Shown here in pieces: positions 61,804 to 64,000 of a DNA stretch of 64,000 nucleotides. This stretch comes from Octopus sinensis (lineage: Eukaryota), in NCBI RefSeq assembly GCF_006345805.1, contig NC_043006.1:26846001-26910000 (forward strand), given 5' to 3'. How positions within the stretch are numbered: position 1 is the stretch's first letter; the number at the start of each line of letters is the position of its first letter. Made by a program: the position numbers and the translations under genes. Under the pieces are notes generated by a model, which saw nothing but the letters and a program-made list of their open reading frames with translations, made no database searches and had not been told where the DNA came from.

Positions 61804-63060
61804 CAGGGTGCGTAAGACATTTGAGGACATAATTTTGTGGGGTCATTGCTGCATTTTTTGCTAACTCTGTATAATCTTTGTTTCAGAAAATAATAACGGC
61901 ACACCTTCAGCTTGCTCAAGAAATGAAGAAACATGCTGTTATTGTGGTTATAAAGGCTGAGCATAGTGATTTTAAAATATCTCGATCTTTAAAAGTTGCC
62001 AGATCTTTCGTCTATAAAGTTTGTAAGGAGCTAGAGACTGAAGATGGAAACATATCACCAGTATCAAAGCATAAAAAGCATTCTAAATGCTCTGAAATCA
62101 TCAGAACCCTTGAATTTATCCAGCAAGTTCAACAGACCATTGATTACAATCTCAGAAAGTCCATGAGGTGAATTGCAAAAGATCTCCATGTGTTAGAAGG
62201 AACAGTGAAAAATGTTGTCCACAAAGACATCAGATGTCCACAAAGACATTGAGGTCTTATATGATGAGGTATGGTCAATTTGTCAGAAAAAGCAAAAGAA
62301 AATCACTACATCAGATCTAAATGGTTCTTAAACAAACTGAAAAATCCAGCAGAAGAAGATTTGATTTGGTTTTTCTCAAACAAGAAAAACTTCAACAAAG
62401 ATCAAAAAGTTAACAGAAGAAATGACAGATGGTTATGTGCAAACCCTTCTGAAGTTCCAAGTGTTATGCATACAAAATTTCTTGCAACTGTCATGGCTTT
62501 AAGGGTTGTCTGCAATGAAGGACATGTGATGCCTCCTTACTCCTTTCCACAAGGCCTTAGAGTTAACTGCCACCTACATTGAGGTCCTGGAAATAATTAT
62601 GAAGCTCTGGATAGACAATATATGCAATGGAAGGCCATACGTGTTTCAGTAAGACTCTGCACTATCACACATGGCTTTAGTAACACAGGAATGGATGGCT
62701 GAAAATTTTCATGATCACATAACCCCTAATATTTGACCTCCTAATTCCCCAGATTGCAATCCATTGGACTATTACATGTGGAGCATTGTTGAGAGAGAAG
62801 TCAATGAACATGCCCATAATACCAAAGATTCTTTGAAAGCTGCCATAGTCAGAGTAATGTCCAAAATGAATCAGGACCACTTGATTCAAGCATTTAGGTA
62901 ATTTAGATCTCATATAGAAGCAGTTGTTGAAGCTGAAAGTGGCTTTATTATCGAAAAGAAGGCTTATTTTTATCCTCATAGCATTTTTTGATAAATAAAG
63001 ATATTATATATCTGTTTTTTTATAAACATAAATCTGTCCTCAAATACCTTACGCACCCTG
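61804..63060 (+). mobile_element. Full-length inactive maT (DD37D) transposon
   Basis: TIRs CAGGGTGCGTAAGACATTTGAGGACA / TGTCCTCAAATACCTTACGCACCCTG; CA/TA flanks; 37 residues between the DSALSH and SPDCNPLD aspartates; several stops and frameshifts. Confidence 0.9.
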
Positions 63061-63329
63061 TATATTCATGTATACATGCTCATATACTCACGCAGATACA
63101 CTCATATATATACCTTCATACATATACAATCACTTTACATATGTAATATATACACATACATATACATCTCTGGGCATCCCCATATATATATATATATATA
63201 TATATGCATACTTATATACATACAGCAGTCAACAAATACATGCACAGACATACATTTATTTACATATATGTATGTACTTAGGTATATACATATACATATA
63301 GGATGAGAAGAATGGCGGGGGACTGAATT

Positions 63330-64000
63330 ATAATTATTATTTTTATACATCTTGAAAATGCATACTTGGTGCAGTGGTTACACCTTGGAACTTTCTCGTC
63401 GTGTTTGTTTACTAGGTTCTTATTACTCAGCAGTATACTCAATGCTTCCTCAAGGCTAAGGTCACATTTACCAGACAGCAAATTACATAGGTGTGCATTT
63501 TTTATTATTGGCCATTTTATTTCGTATTTAATTTTTGATTCTTTCAGTCTCCATATTAGGTCTGCCAGTGAAGTTGTGTGTCATCTGTTTATTTTATCGA
63601 ATGACGAGATGTAGTGGTGATAACAGACTTTGAATTGGTTTTCCAAGGCATCTATGTATGTATATCTATGTTGGGATGTGGAGATTGTGCATTTGTATAT
63701 TATGTTTTTTGGACACATTGGTTCATGAGCGGACAAGTAGATTTTCTACAGCATATGCAGTTATTTGTACTATCATTATATTTATGTTTATCTGGTAACT
63801 TTTTGATTTTGTTTTCATGATGTTCTATTTGATTGTTAGTGTCTAAAGCATTCTGGAATTGGCTGTCTTTTTTGTTGCATCTTTTTCGATGATTCATTCT
63901 AATTTTATTACCTCCGTCTTGTACGTTATCTGAGTTATTATGGTCTATCTTTGGTTTATTTTTGTTATTGGTCTTAAATCCTGTGATGTTTTGATTTGTT
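63330..64000 (-). mobile_element. Penelope-like (Neptune-type) GIY-YIG endonuclease fossil, runs off the window
   Basis: CICCRKSTCPLMNQC linker / NIIYKC...YTYID...FKVCY...LIWRLKE...KW.IIK...CDLSLEEAL...LVNKHDE...CNH; one frameshift, one stop. Confidence 0.85.

Noticed and set aside
1-64000. CRISPR arrays, rRNA or prokaryotic operons
   Set aside because: The tandem repeats lack unique spacers; the DNA is intron-rich eukaryotic sequence with no long bacterial-type ORFs.

Overview
AT-rich eukaryotic genomic DNA. The SINE/RTE families and microsatellite load point to an octopod cephalopod, probably Octopus (inference). Two intron-rich genes lie on the + strand, and both were rebuilt by hand from phase-compatible splice sites. 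(1) The last 9 coding exons of the deubiquitinase MINDY3/FAM188A (1194-15683); its 5' exons lie before the window. (2) Seven coding exons of SPATA18/MIEAP (31542-58531). Its first intron (about 14.6 kb) most likely opens with a non-canonical GC donor, and the predicted protein lacks most of the vertebrate coiled-coil/Arg-Ser linker. Almost all ORFs in the supplied track are microsatellite artefacts or transposon fossils (RTE, Penelope, Gypsy, R4-like, mariner/maT/Tc1/pogo, hAT, piggyBac, Helitron, tRNA-SINEs). The most notable signal is a near-perfect ~1.06-kb palindrome (60310-61373). Each arm carries a Penelope-type minimal hammerhead ribozyme fold with a compensatory G3-C8 core swap, an extra nucleotide after A9 and a palindromic stem III, and the palindrome sits next to Penelope GIY-YIG fossils. 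Other points: a PHD-type finger inside the RT of the local RTE family, a cluster of foldback/inverted repeats upstream of SPATA18, and kilobase-scale simple repeats just after the MINDY3 stop and in SPATA18 intron 1. Protein-family calls rest on recalled motifs, not database searches; transposon boundaries are approximate.
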